Source: Opitutales bacterium (GTDB lineage Bacteria > Verrucomicrobiota > Verrucomicrobiia > Opitutales > PNEW01). Taken from it: DNA of 64,000 nucleotides. A program made the position numbers and the translations under genes. The notes below the pieces were generated by a model. That model made no database searches, had not been told where the DNA came from, and saw only the letters and a list, made by a program, of their open reading frames with translations. This document shows, piece by piece, positions 1-10,191 of the stretch; the stretch's first letter is position 1, and every line of letters starts with the position of its first letter. The stretch spans positions 1,344,001-1,408,000 of the forward strand of contig CBDANS010000006.1 in the NCBI GenBank assembly GCA_965197745.1. The letters are read 5' to 3'.

Positions 1-2
1 TC

Positions 3-305
3 AACCGTTTTGATGCCAATACCTACCTCTATTTCAGCAAAGCGGTCGATCGCTTTGACTTGCACGGTGAAACCGGAAATCTTGAAGATGTATTATCTTC
101 TGTACAGGCGCGTGCCCTGATCATTGGTTTTACCAGCGACTGGCTTTATACCCCTCAACAGAATCAGGAAATTGTCATCGCTCTCCTTCGCAGCGGTAAG
201 AATGCCAGCTATGCGGAAGTAAGTATGGACCTAGGTCATGATTCATTTCTCATTGATGCCCCGGAACTCTATGACTTAGTTCGCGCTTATCTTAATAACA
301 GATAA
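3..305 (+). CDS. metX: Homoserine O-acetyltransferase, C-terminal part (gene starts before the window)
   Basis: Frame reads RFDANTYLYFSKAVDRFD, then SDWLY and GHDSFL, typical of MetX; directly upstream of metW. Confidence 0.9.
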   Translation, partial: NRFDANTYLYFSKAVDRFDLHGETGNLEDVLSSVQARALIIGFTSDWLYTPQQNQEIVIALLRSGKNASYAEVSMDLGHDSFLIDAPELYDLVRAYLNNR

Positions 306-913
306 TGGTCACAAGAAACTTAACCCGACGCCAGGTTGACCTGGAAATAATTGCCGAGTGGGTCGCGCCGAAAAGCCGCGTCCTCGATCTCGGTTGCGGC
401 CGCGGGGTGCTTTTAAAAAATCTTAGTGACGAAAAGTCGATATATGGGGTAGGAGTGGATACTGATTCGAAAAAGATTACCGGCTGCATTAAACGCGGGG
501 TTAACGCCTACCAGGGTAATATTGAAAGTATCCTGGACGAATTTCCCGATAACAATTTCGACATGGTAATCTGTTCCCGCACCGTGCAGGAACTGACACA
601 ACCTGCGAATATTATTTTTGAAGCCTTACGCGTGGGCCGTGTATTAGCGGTTGGATTTGTAAATTATGGGTACTGGATCAACCGCTTAAGCCTTATTTTA
701 AGAGGTAATCGTATCGTCAATGAAGTTTACCCTGAGCGCTGGTTCGAAAGTAGTCCTGAAAATCCAGTAACTGTAAAGGAATTTGAATATTTTTGTAAGC
801 AACACCAGATAGCGATCAAACGGCGTGTCTACCTCGCGGGCAACTGGAATAAACAGATCTCTATTGCCCCCAATCTATTCGCCGGGTACGCGCTATATGA
901 AATTGCGCGGTAA
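305..913 (+). CDS. metW: Methionine biosynthesis protein MetW (SAM-binding fold)
   Basis: VLDLGCGRG SAM motif, about 200 aa, coupled to metX (TAATG overlap). Confidence 0.9.
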   Translation: MVTRNLTRRQVDLEIIAEWVAPKSRVLDLGCGRGVLLKNLSDEKSIYGVGVDTDSKKITGCIKRGVNAYQGNIESILDEFPDNNFDMVICSRTVQELTQPANIIFEALRVGRVLAVGFVNYGYWINRLSLILRGNRIVNEVYPERWFESSPENPVTVKEFEYFCKQHQIAIKRRVYLAGNWNKQISIAPNLFAGYALYEIAR

Positions 914-983
914 ACCGGAACCTGACTGTTGATCCGCCGTCGCAGGACTATGGGGAGTTTTATTGCTGAATGTATTTAGTAAT

Positions 984-1075
984 TTCACCGCTGAGGCGCA
1001 GAGTATTAAGTTTTAAAATCAAGAATAAGAAACCTTAAATTAAATTCTCAGCGGCCTCTGCTTCTCTGCGTTGAA
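984..1075. repeat. ACCGC(A/T)GAG-family short inverted-repeat element (MITE/REP-like)
   Basis: TTCACCGCTGAGGCGCAGAG ... CTCTGCTTCTCTGCGTTGAA around an AT-rich core containing AAACCTTAAATTAAA. Confidence 0.75.
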
Positions 1076-1173
1076 TCGCTTCAATCCACAATCGTCCGGG
1101 GGACGAAGTCCGACATCTTCCAAATTCCATTTCCCATATACGCATCTCCGCATTCGCGCATATACATATTCCT

Positions 1174-1812
1174 CTACCCGACTAAAAGTAGCATTAAAGA
1201 ATAAAAGATATTGGCGGCAGTGTAGATAGCTGCACCGAAAACCTGGCGAAAAGCGGGAATATTGATAAGAACTATAAGGATAAGAAATCCCCAGCGCGCA
1301 TAATTGAGATAGGTTTCATCACGCATTTTTACAGCGTGTTTCAATAGATGCGATCCATCGAGGGGAGGAATGGGAATCATATTAAAAATAATAAGGACGC
1401 AATTAAGCAGAATGACCTGGCCTAACAGACTGGCGATCGCGGGCATAAAATTTAACACTACACCGCCGATAAAAACCATGAGCAGGCAGATAACCACATT
1501 GGAAGCTGGGCCGGCCATGCTCACGAGAATATCATCACGCACGCGATGGCGAAAATTGAGAGGATTAACCATCACCGGTTTCCCCCATCCTATTATAGCA
1601 AAACCGGGTGAAAATAATATCATGAACAGGGGAATAAGAACCGTGCCGACTGGGTCGATGTGAGCAACGGGATTAAAAGTCACGCGTCCCTGCGACCGCG
1701 GGGTGTTATCGCCCAACTTATCGGCGACAATAGCATGTGCCCATTCATGCACGCTAAGGCTTGCTAATAAGATTAAATAAAGGACGAGGCCCTGTTGGTA
1801 ATCAATATCCAT
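1174..1812 (-). CDS. Site-2 protease family (M50) membrane metalloprotease
   Basis: HEWAH, AGPASN and NMIPIPPLDG motifs; hydrophobic helices. Confidence 0.92.
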   Translation of the reverse strand: MDIDYQQGLVLYLILLASLSVHEWAHAIVADKLGDNTPRSQGRVTFNPVAHIDPVGTVLIPLFMILFSPGFAIIGWGKPVMVNPLNFRHRVRDDILVSMAGPASNVVICLLMVFIGGVVLNFMPAIASLLGQVILLNCVLIIFNMIPIPPLDGSHLLKHAVKMRDETYLNYARWGFLILIVLINIPAFRQVFGAAIYTAANIFYSLMLLLVG

Positions 1813-1903
1813 TATCCTGATATCTGATCCTTAAATTGACCTGCATCTTTAACCGGCACAAGATAATTGCATATATTATAGCTTCGTCTCTACGGGAAAA
1901 ATA

Positions 1904-2081
1904 TTAACCACTGAGACACAGTGGACGATAAGATTTTTTAAAAATCACTGCCGAGCGCAGCGAGATCTTCTAAAGCTACAAATAAAACATAGATAGGGAA
2001 CCCTGTATCGACCTTTTGAAAAACTTATCCGTGTAATCCGCGGTATTATTTAACTTTGCGGTCTCCGCGTCTCGGCGGTTA
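1904..2081. repeat. Composite ACCGCAGAG-family element with nested modules
   Basis: Arms TTAACCACTGAGACACAG / CTCCGCGTCTCGGCGGTTA; contains a CCGAG..GAGATC module and an ATCCGTGTAATCCGCGGT arm. Confidence 0.7.
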
Positions 2082-2088
2082 TTTTCAT

Positions 2089-2946
2089 TTATTGTAATTG
2101 CTTCAACAATTGTTCTTTTGTTGCGACAAGTTCGGGTGACTTGACGCGATCAATGTTCTCGCGGGCTTTTTCCGGTTCTCCTAATTTAATATAGATATTC
2201 GCTATGTGCAAATGGACGGCGGCGACCTCGATTTCGGAGTTTACGCTTTTGCTGACGTTATTCCAGGCCTTAAGGGCTGCGGTCCAATCGGGATTCTTTA
2301 AATCATAAAAACATTCGGCATATCGAAATTGAAAATCGATATTTTCAGGGTCGAGGCGAGCTGATTCCGAGAACGCTTTACACATTTGCTGATCAAGGGT
2401 TTCACCATCAAACATTCCGCTCGTTAGAAATCTGTCACGGAAATGGTGTAGCAGCTCACCCAGTTGGTAAACATAGAGTCCCGTCTCAGGGCTCAGGTCG
2501 ATGGCCATAAGGATGTAGCCTAAGGCTTCTTCGTAATTCCCGACTTCCGCGTGGTAGTTTCCCAGCTGTTGTTTTATTACCGCGATATTGGGATCGAGAT
2601 TGTTAGCTTTAAGATAAAGGAGTTGCGCGTCTTCAGGTCGGTCTATTTTTCTTAAAAGTTTGCCGTAAAGAATAAGACAATAAACATCGTTGGGGTTTTC
2701 GGCGAGGAACGATTCGTAGTCTGTTATCAGGTTCCTGATATTGAGCTCCAATTCATTTTCAATATAATCTCCATTATTATCTTCAATACGCTGAAAAATT
2801 TTACTCTGATCAGAATGTATTTTAATGAGTTTGCGTTCGGCCAGCGTCATGTTCCCCGTGAGAGGGGATGATTTGTTCTGGATTTTGTTTTTCGTGGCAC
2901 AGCTGAAATTCGATAATACCAGGATAATAAAAAACAGGCATTGCAT
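2089..2946 (-). CDS. TPR-repeat lipoprotein
   Basis: Likely start ATG 2946 (MQCLFFIILVLSNFSC, lipobox-like); TPR-like helices; the longer ORF extension to 3105 is translated heptamer repeat. Confidence 0.75.
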   Translation of the reverse strand: MQCLFFIILVLSNFSCATKNKIQNKSSPLTGNMTLAERKLIKIHSDQSKIFQRIEDNNGDYIENELELNIRNLITDYESFLAENPNDVYCLILYGKLLRKIDRPEDAQLLYLKANNLDPNIAVIKQQLGNYHAEVGNYEEALGYILMAIDLSPETGLYVYQLGELLHHFRDRFLTSGMFDGETLDQQMCKAFSESARLDPENIDFQFRYAECFYDLKNPDWTAALKAWNNVSKSVNSEIEVAAVHLHIANIYIKLGEPEKARENIDRVKSPELVATKEQLLKQLQ

Positions 2947-3046
2947 GAAGCGACCAAGGTGATGTCGGGCTTCACCCACGGGTGGATTTGGCGAAGGGGC
3001 TCCCCGCCATGATGATCCTGAATCACTCTCTTTATCCTCTACCATG

Positions 3047-3106
3047 CATCCTGTATCTTGCATCCTGCATCCTGCATCCTGAATCCTGTCTCCTGCATCC
3101 CGCATC
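3047..3106. repeat. (CATCCTG)n heptamer tandem array
   Basis: About 8 degenerate CATCCTG units; related arrays near 20988-21015, 33258-33278 (reverse), 36036-36068 and 39083-39115. Confidence 0.85.
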
Positions 3107-3109
3107 AGA

Positions 3110-4447
3110 TCAGTGTTTCAACACACATTTTTCATAAAGATTGTGAAATACATCGGAGGGGTCGTACTTTGATTTGAGGCAATTATAAGCATTTTTATTG
3201 TGCAATTCCCAAAATTCATCTTCAGAATAAAAGGAGGAAGAATATAATGATTTCTTACCATTTAATTGCTTAACCATTTCCTCAACTTTTCGATTATGGT
3301 ATCCTTCATGCCGGGTCTTTATCACATCCCAAAACCCAAAGTTGACGTACAATTTATCCGGATCCATTTTATATAATTCAAAGACAGTATCCCGGTCTTG
3401 GGCATGGGTCGGGCATATCCAGATCGGGCTGATCCCAATTTCTTTTTGAAAGAAATCGGTAAATGCTTCACAATTATCAATCGGGATCTGCACATCCTGA
3501 ATTACTGACTCACGTTTACCGAATATCCCGGACAGGAAATTGAAAATGGGATATTGATGGTTCAACTTCATAAGTTTGGTGTAGGTCATGGATCTAAGTC
3601 GTTTTTTGCCCCAAAAAAAACGGACCACCGGGTTTTGAACGAAAAAGAATTTAGAACACCAGAACCAATCTGTATCCCAACGCCAAATATAATCATATGT
3701 TGTCAAATAATCAATTTTCTTATCTCTGATCGATTTATAATAAATATTCATGTAAGTGTAGTCGCTCAGCTCCGGGGCTTGTTCAACAAATTCCCCCAGG
3801 GTTAGGTAAAACTCATTTTCGCTGAATAAGGTACCGTCAATAAAGTCTGCCCTTCGATGGACACAGTGTTTTTTTAAGGTATGAAAAAAATCTTTCGCAT
3901 TATCATACCGATGATGGGTAATTTTGACATATTTCTTCACCGGGTTAAGCTTAACTTTTAGTTTCAGAGCGTATCCTAAAGTTCCATATGAATTGGGGAA
4001 ACCCAGGAATAAATCCCTGTATTCATTCTCTTTGGTGCAAACTACCGTTTTCCCGTCACTGAGGAGAATTTCCATCTCCGTGATCGTCTCATGGACCAGG
4101 CCTTCTTTAAAAGAAGATGATTCGATGCCTCCACCGGTAACCGCACCGCCAATAGTAATCGATTTTAATTGCGGGACTACCGCTGGCATCAGTCCATGGG
4201 CCAGGGTTTCGTCGAAGAGTTTTTCATAGCTTGTCATACCTTCGACTTCCGCGAGGGCTTTCGATTTATCGATGGAGATAATATCATTAAATTGTTCTCC
4301 ACGGATCCTCGTGACTCCCTGCTGTTTGCGGTGCCGGAACAGATTGGACGTAGATTTTTCCAGAGCAACCGAGTCCACACTGCGCAGCGACAATAACTGA
4401 TCGCTCAGGGCACGCTTTTTATTTTCATATTGCGATCTCGAGATCAT
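3110..4447 (-). CDS. FAD-binding oxidoreductase, BfaA/TmsA-like methylene-lipid reductase
   Basis: TSNLFR N-terminal motif, PQLKSITIGGAVTGGGIESSS FAD motif, WRWDTDWFWCS, C-terminal LYEKCV; overlaps the cfa-like gene. Confidence 0.8.
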   Translation of the reverse strand: MISRSQYENKKRALSDQLLSLRSVDSVALEKSTSNLFRHRKQQGVTRIRGEQFNDIISIDKSKALAEVEGMTSYEKLFDETLAHGLMPAVVPQLKSITIGGAVTGGGIESSSFKEGLVHETITEMEILLSDGKTVVCTKENEYRDLFLGFPNSYGTLGYALKLKVKLNPVKKYVKITHHRYDNAKDFFHTLKKHCVHRRADFIDGTLFSENEFYLTLGEFVEQAPELSDYTYMNIYYKSIRDKKIDYLTTYDYIWRWDTDWFWCSKFFFVQNPVVRFFWGKKRLRSMTYTKLMKLNHQYPIFNFLSGIFGKRESVIQDVQIPIDNCEAFTDFFQKEIGISPIWICPTHAQDRDTVFELYKMDPDKLYVNFGFWDVIKTRHEGYHNRKVEEMVKQLNGKKSLYSSSFYSEDEFWELHNKNAYNCLKSKYDPSDVFHNLYEKCVLKH

Positions 4448-5550
4448 CTAATGGACTCATAACCGCCTCGAATACCACCTTTAGAGAATACCACTTGCCA
4501 TAGATTAATATCGCGTGCTCTGAATGAGCCCGCGCAACTCATCAGATAGAAATTCCACATGCGATGGAAACGTTCATCATAACGGGCATTTAATTTATGC
4601 CAGTTCCTGTTAAAATTTTCATGCCACGCCATGAGGGTTTTGTCGTAATGCGGACCGAAATTATGCCAGTCTTCCATCACGAATAAACCTTCTGCGGCTT
4701 GGGATAATTGCTGGATTGAAGGAAGATGCCCTTGGGGAAAAACATACTTTTGGATCCAGGGATCAAACGGTCTCCTGAGCGAAGTATTTCTTCCAATCGT
4801 ATGCAGAAGGAAGATTCCCTCATCATTAAGACTACGATGAACGAGTTCCATCAGGTTTCTATAGTTTTTATATCCGACATGTTCACACAACCCAATCGCT
4901 ATGACGCGGTCATATACCCCGGTGGCCTCGCGATAATCGGCATTGACGATCGTTACGGGAAATCCTTCACAAGCTTTTCTGGCGTATTTTACCTGCTCAT
5001 TGGATATGTTATAACTTACGACCTTGCATTTATATTCTTTAGCGATAAATCGTGCCAACGTTCCATAGCCTCCCCCTAACTCGAGGATTTCCATCCCCGG
5101 GGTAAGCTGGATTTTTTTACAGATCAGATGGGCTTTATTGATCTGTGCCTGATCAAGATTATCTGTGTCTTTCCAATAGGCGCAGGTATATTGCATGTTT
5201 TTATCGAGCATCAATTCGAAAAGATCATTACCCAAATCGTAGTGCGTTTTCACTACCTCGGTCGACCGCTTTACTGACTGCATGTTTGCCAATTTATACC
5301 TTAAAACCTTGAGAAACTGTATGTATGAACTGAATTTAAAGTTTAATTCAGATATTTTAATTTTATAAATTAACTGGTCTAAAGCTTCACAATTCCACCA
5401 ACCATCCATGTAGGATTCACCAAAAGCAAGGGATCCTCTTTTCAGGACTATATCATAGAGCCTCGGATCGTACACCTGAATATCCCACGGCCGATCTCCG
5501 TTGATTTTTATGTCAGCGAGCTTAAGGAAATCTTGAAATACCTGTTTCAT
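4444..5550 (-). CDS. cfa: Cyclopropane-fatty-acyl-phospholipid synthase family methyltransferase
   Basis: GESYMDGWW, HYDLGNDLF, YTCAYW, EHVG, WIQKYVFP and HYDKTL motifs. Confidence 0.88.
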   Translation of the reverse strand: MKQVFQDFLKLADIKINGDRPWDIQVYDPRLYDIVLKRGSLAFGESYMDGWWNCEALDQLIYKIKISELNFKFSSYIQFLKVLRYKLANMQSVKRSTEVVKTHYDLGNDLFELMLDKNMQYTCAYWKDTDNLDQAQINKAHLICKKIQLTPGMEILELGGGYGTLARFIAKEYKCKVVSYNISNEQVKYARKACEGFPVTIVNADYREATGVYDRVIAIGLCEHVGYKNYRNLMELVHRSLNDEGIFLLHTIGRNTSLRRPFDPWIQKYVFPQGHLPSIQQLSQAAEGLFVMEDWHNFGPHYDKTLMAWHENFNRNWHKLNARYDERFHRMWNFYLMSCAGSFRARDINLWQVVFSKGGIRGGYESIR

Positions 5551-5716
5551 CTAAAGTAATGAGTAATGATAGCGACAAGCGGCACAAGAAAAAGAAAATT
5601 TTTACCTTAATACAATTGGCAAATTCCCCGAGGTTGAAGCCCGTCATCCTGCCGTCCATAGCTCTCCCCCTACTACGGAACGACAGATGGACATACCCCC
5701 GAATTAGCGAAAAAAA

Positions 5717-7156
5717 TTAGATCCCCGCTTTAGCTTCCTGAATGCGTGCGGCTTCTTCTGCAGGAGGGGGATTAAATTCTTCAATCACGCGCATTTTTTT
5801 CCATTTACCGTTCTGAAACCGCAAAAATAGGATAATACTTATTACGATAATATAAGCGCAGACAAAACTCCAGAGAATGTAGATAGTGGTATCGAAATAG
5901 GTGAGGGCGATGTAGGAGGGTATGACTAAAATTGACCATCCCATGGATATATTCACGAACATGATGAAACGGGTGTCACCTGCGCCCTTAAGCGCTGCGG
6001 TAAAGCCCATGTAAACAGCGTCGAACAGGGTGTAGATGGCAACAATGCGCAACAATTTAATAGCAATAGCGCGCGCATCAGTAAAATATAAGCCATCCAC
6101 ACGGGCCCCATAAGGCATGAGAAATAATTCCGGTATGATCAAATAAGCGAGCGCCATGACGCCCATATAAATCAACGTTATGTGGAAACCGGACCAGGTG
6201 CAATATTCTGCTTCTTCCGGTTTGTTTCTCCCGAGCCGCTGCCCAACAAGGGTGGTCATCGCTATGCCGGCACCGATTAAAGGCATGAAAGCCAGGCTGT
6301 TGATGTTAAAAGCAAGATTGGTAGCCGCTAATTCAATTATCCCGAGACGCCCGACGATAAGAACAAAAAAAGAGAAGGAGAGTATATCGAGCATGAAGTT
6401 CACACCGTTTGGACCCCCAAAACGAAGAAGACGAAGGAACAATTTAATATCCAGTTTCCAACCGCTCAAAGTGGCAAATTGCTCCCGGTATTGAGGTTGA
6501 AGGATGAGAATTAAATACATAAGAGCGGAGGAGAGGGTTCCAATAATGGTGGCCAATGCAGCGCCTCGAATTCCCCAAGCGGGCAACCCCCAATGGCCAA
6601 AAATAAGGCCGTAGTCGAGGATAAAATTAATGCTTGTGGCAATGAGATTTACGCAGAGTATGGTCCAGGTTTTTCCGCGCCCGCTATAGAAACAGGACAT
6701 TGAAGCAGAAAGGATTAATGGACCTATTCCATAACAGAGAATGCGAAAGTAGGTAGCCTCATTATTGCGTATCACCTCTTCGTGTCCAATCCAGTCAAAA
6801 AGAGGGGTAGCGATGAAGGACAAACCAAGGCCGAATATTACACTGATGACAGCTAAGTATACTCCCTGCCAGACAGCGGGACCAACACGCTCAGAGCGTC
6901 CGGAGCCGATATATTGAGCGATAAAGGTGTTGATATAAGTGGCAGTTCCCAGGAATAGACTGACAAAGATAAAATTAGTCATCCCCGCTGGCAGAGCTGC
7001 AGCCAAAGCTTCAGTGGAGTACCAGGTGAGAAAAACCCGGTCAATAAAATGCTGAATGCTCCAGGTTGCCGTGCTGAGGATCAGGGGAAAAGCAATGACT
7101 AAAAATTCACGGTATCCACCGGATGCTGACCAACGGTGTCTGATGTATGTAATCAC
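5717..7156 (-). CDS. MATE family efflux transporter
   Basis: About 12 TM segments; GIRGAALAT, VGQRLG and LKGAGDT motifs. Confidence 0.92.
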   Translation of the reverse strand: MITYIRHRWSASGGYREFLVIAFPLILSTATWSIQHFIDRVFLTWYSTEALAAALPAGMTNFIFVSLFLGTATYINTFIAQYIGSGRSERVGPAVWQGVYLAVISVIFGLGLSFIATPLFDWIGHEEVIRNNEATYFRILCYGIGPLILSASMSCFYSGRGKTWTILCVNLIATSINFILDYGLIFGHWGLPAWGIRGAALATIIGTLSSALMYLILILQPQYREQFATLSGWKLDIKLFLRLLRFGGPNGVNFMLDILSFSFFVLIVGRLGIIELAATNLAFNINSLAFMPLIGAGIAMTTLVGQRLGRNKPEEAEYCTWSGFHITLIYMGVMALAYLIIPELFLMPYGARVDGLYFTDARAIAIKLLRIVAIYTLFDAVYMGFTAALKGAGDTRFIMFVNISMGWSILVIPSYIALTYFDTTIYILWSFVCAYIIVISIILFLRFQNGKWKKMRVIEEFNPPPAEEAARIQEAKAGI

Positions 7157-7201
7157 TCTACAAATAAGATAGCCATGCTTAGTCGGTCATCGAAATCCAT
7201 A

Positions 7202-7834
7202 TTAATTATTGTTACTCAGACGAATTTTCTTCGCGTATTCTTCGAATTCGACCGCCTCTTGGGATTTGCCTATCTTTTTATATATTTTGGCCAAAGTTTC
7301 ATAGATGATAGCGGAACTGGGATGATCCTTTCCCAGAGCTTTTTCTCTAATCGTTAACGCTCTTTTGAGAAGACTTGTTGCTTCAGCGTATCTGCCTTTT
7401 GCCCTGTAAACATTCGCGAGATTGTAAAGCGATTGTTCTAAATCGGGAAAGTATATGCCCAGGACATCTTCTCGAATAATAAGAGCCCGTTGGTGAATAG
7501 GTTCGGCCTCGTCGTACTTACCTTTTAGAACATATTGTTCTGCCAGGTTATTTAGAATCGCCGCTAAATTTTTTAATGAGAGCTCCACCTCCGGGTGATT
7601 AGGGCCATATATTTCTGTGCCTATCTTTACCGACTGATCGGCTGCTTTTAAGGCCTCGGTATATTGTTGTTTCTGATCCAGTTCCAGGACTTGAGATTTT
7701 AATTGATCAAACAACGTCAATTTATCCCACAATGCGTCTTGGGCAGAGATGGGCGCGGCGTGTAAATGGATCAACATGATCATCATCATGCTCTTCAAAA
7801 AAATTGAATTTATATTTACGGCTATGGCCCTCAT
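7202..7834 (-). CDS. Secreted TPR protein (kinesin-light-chain-type repeats)
   Basis: LNNLA..GKYDEAEPIHQRALIIRE and ALTIREKALGKDHP repeats; signal peptide. Confidence 0.85.
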   Translation of the reverse strand: MRAIAVNINSIFLKSMMMIMLIHLHAAPISAQDALWDKLTLFDQLKSQVLELDQKQQYTEALKAADQSVKIGTEIYGPNHPEVELSLKNLAAILNNLAEQYVLKGKYDEAEPIHQRALIIREDVLGIYFPDLEQSLYNLANVYRAKGRYAEATSLLKRALTIREKALGKDHPSSAIIYETLAKIYKKIGKSQEAVEFEEYAKKIRLSNNN

Positions 7835-8071
7835 GGATTGCGCCTTTTTCGAAAAAATTTTCTATTAATTTCTTAAAACGTCTCAGTATATAACTTAAGC
7901 GGTCTTGCAAGCGTTTTTATTAGGCATCATTCCTTGCCGGGTCGATTAGATTAATTACGGATTGCGGGGTTAAATGGATGACCGGTATAATCGTTGTGTC
8001 CTTGCCCCTCCCACTTATATTTATCGTAATGGTCCTGTATATGAGCCAATAAGTATCAAACGAGCATCATA

Positions 8072-8995
8072 CTATCCATTGACTTGTGCAGAAACAACAA
8101 TGTTTAAAGTCACTAAATCGGCAATCAGGTGCATGCCCAGATTTTCATAAAATTTACCGGAACCATAAAGTACATTCCACTGTGTTCTATCAAAATCAAA
8201 ATGTGCCTGGGCTACCCACTCATTGTCGTCTACCCATCCTCCAGTCGCCAGAAATTCTATTTCACGGGTTACATTTTTCAAAGTAAGATTGCCAATAATC
8301 CTATAGTTAGGTGAACCTGGTGAAGCGTTTTTTAAAAACGTAACCTGACTGAAAACTAATTTTACCGATTGATATTTTTCTATATCGAAAAAATCATCGC
8401 TTAAGAGGTGTTCTATTAGATATTTTCGTATTTCATCCTCGGGCAGGTCGTTATTTTTAATAGAGGATATGTCTATGCTCATCGAACCTTCTGCCATAAT
8501 ACCTTTATTAAACTCCAGAATCCCCTCGGCGATAGCGATTGTTCCGTCGCGCTGACTGGCAAGGCCTCTTCCTATCCAATTAATAATGCTTTCTTCAGGA
8601 TTGATTTTCAAAGTATGGGGATAGATGACTGGTGTCGCCGAGACTTCATCGCTGTTTTCAGAAATACAGGAGAGATCATTTTTTTTCCATTCATTGATGC
8701 CGCCTCGGTAATCGTAGATTTTGGAATAACCATTTCTAATCAGTTTTTCTGCAGCCGTTGTGGAGGCGAGAGAGTTAATGCTCGAACCATAGACGACAAT
8801 TGGTTTCGATTTTTCCTCTACCAGCTCCTCAATATCTTCGATAAAATCCATTTTATATACACAGGCGTTCAAGGCGCCAGGCAGATGGTCAGTTTTGTAA
8901 TATTCCTCCGGAAGCACGTCGAGAAGCGTGAAGGGGGATTTATTTTCTATCCAGGAATTTAAGGTTTCGGTAGTTATTTCTTCTATCTTACCCAT
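8072..8995 (-). CDS. Rhodanese-like plus YceI fusion protein
   Basis: N-terminal LLDV..HLPGA..YRGGINEW; C-terminal HLLSDDFFD, GNLTLKNVT, FDRTQW. Confidence 0.85.
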   Translation of the reverse strand: MGKIEEITTETLNSWIENKSPFTLLDVLPEEYYKTDHLPGALNACVYKMDFIEDIEELVEEKSKPIVVYGSSINSLASTTAAEKLIRNGYSKIYDYRGGINEWKKNDLSCISENSDEVSATPVIYPHTLKINPEESIINWIGRGLASQRDGTIAIAEGILEFNKGIMAEGSMSIDISSIKNNDLPEDEIRKYLIEHLLSDDFFDIEKYQSVKLVFSQVTFLKNASPGSPNYRIIGNLTLKNVTREIEFLATGGWVDDNEWVAQAHFDFDRTQWNVLYGSGKFYENLGMHLIADLVTLNIVVSAQVNG

Positions 8996-9069
8996 GGCTT
9001 AAATAGTATTGGGTCGCCCCATGGCTTCAAGTGCTATATTGGGACTAATTTACCTGTATCCCCCAGCCA

Positions 9070-9849
9070 TCAATCTTGAATAGCGCTGAGTTCATCCTCG
9101 GATATTTTGTGAACGCTCTTGGGATTAAATGTCTGTTGTGTTCCCACCCTTAAAGCTACTTCGATTCTGCCACCGGTTAAAACAAAGAACTGGAGAAGAA
9201 ATCCACCCCCTTCCATTGCCTCCACCTGGTAATGGTTCTCATTTAACTCCCCGACCCAGTGAGCAAGTCGAGCGTCAAAGGATGAATGGTCCATCACCGC
9301 TTCCGGTAGAGCGATGATCAGTGTTCCGGGTTCGTCCCCAATGACTTCGCCGATACGTTTCCGCATTTCAACCATATGAGAAATGACTTTTCCGGCATAT
9401 TCGAATTCGTCGTCGCCACTCTTATCGGGGGGGACAATGCCCCAGGTAATGTGGTGAATGAAAGGGTTTCCATAACCCTGGCTCAACATGTGTTGGCGTG
9501 CCTCTTCATCAACGGGGTGAACTACCGCGACATAATTGAACCAACCTTTTTCCCGTGACGTGCTATCTGGTGGCAAACCGGAGGGAACATTAATATAGTC
9601 GTGTTCGTCGACGGGTGAGGGATAACAACGGTTATCCCAGCCGGCTATGTAGCCCAGTTTTTTCAGTGGTCCTGCCACAAGGTGGGATGGATCGGTAAAA
9701 ATAGCGGCATGATCCGGGTTCCGTAACAGGGGCACTCCAGCTCTTGAAATTTTCTCCGCTATTTCAAGCGCTTCCTCTAGTCGTTCTACCGCATTCTGGA
9801 TCTCAAGATGGGCGCTGAAATCCGCGGGTAATTTAAAGCTGTCTCCCAT
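9070..9849 (-). CDS. Hypothetical VOC/HPPD-like metalloenzyme
   Basis: PDHAA, IHHIT, GFLLQFF and IEVALR resemble HPPD C-terminal domain motifs. Confidence 0.5.
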   Translation of the reverse strand: MGDSFKLPADFSAHLEIQNAVERLEEALEIAEKISRAGVPLLRNPDHAAIFTDPSHLVAGPLKKLGYIAGWDNRCYPSPVDEHDYINVPSGLPPDSTSREKGWFNYVAVVHPVDEEARQHMLSQGYGNPFIHHITWGIVPPDKSGDDEFEYAGKVISHMVEMRKRIGEVIGDEPGTLIIALPEAVMDHSSFDARLAHWVGELNENHYQVEAMEGGGFLLQFFVLTGGRIEVALRVGTQQTFNPKSVHKISEDELSAIQD

Positions 9850-10191
9850 GGCCTCTCAATTTTCGAATTTCGAGTTTCGATTGTCGATTGAAAATTGCTG
9901 ATTGTCGAATGAAGAATAGCCACTACCGAGCCCCGTTGCTGCGGGGCGACATCTTCCAAAGGCACAAAAAAAAGAGCGATTATTAAAAGTAAGATTCACG
10001 AATTGAAGCGAAGGCGAAGCCCGCCTGTCGACCAAAACCTAGTGTGATGGATTAACATTCTCCATTTAGACCATTAGAAACTTATCCGCGGTATCCATGT
10101 AATCTGCGGTATCCGTGTAATCCGCGGTATTCTTATTATTTTACTCTTGTGCCTTTTGTGCCTTTTGTGGCCAACTCTCAGCAATTACCGT

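Noticed and set aside
2947..3105. N-terminal ORF extensions such as MRDAGDRIQDAGCRMQD, STIDNRQ repeats (26441-26563), CVFCAFCG (25007-25177) and MCLLCLLW (10147-10191)
   Set aside because: They are translations of intergenic repeat families, not protein sequence; downstream starts fit the protein families.
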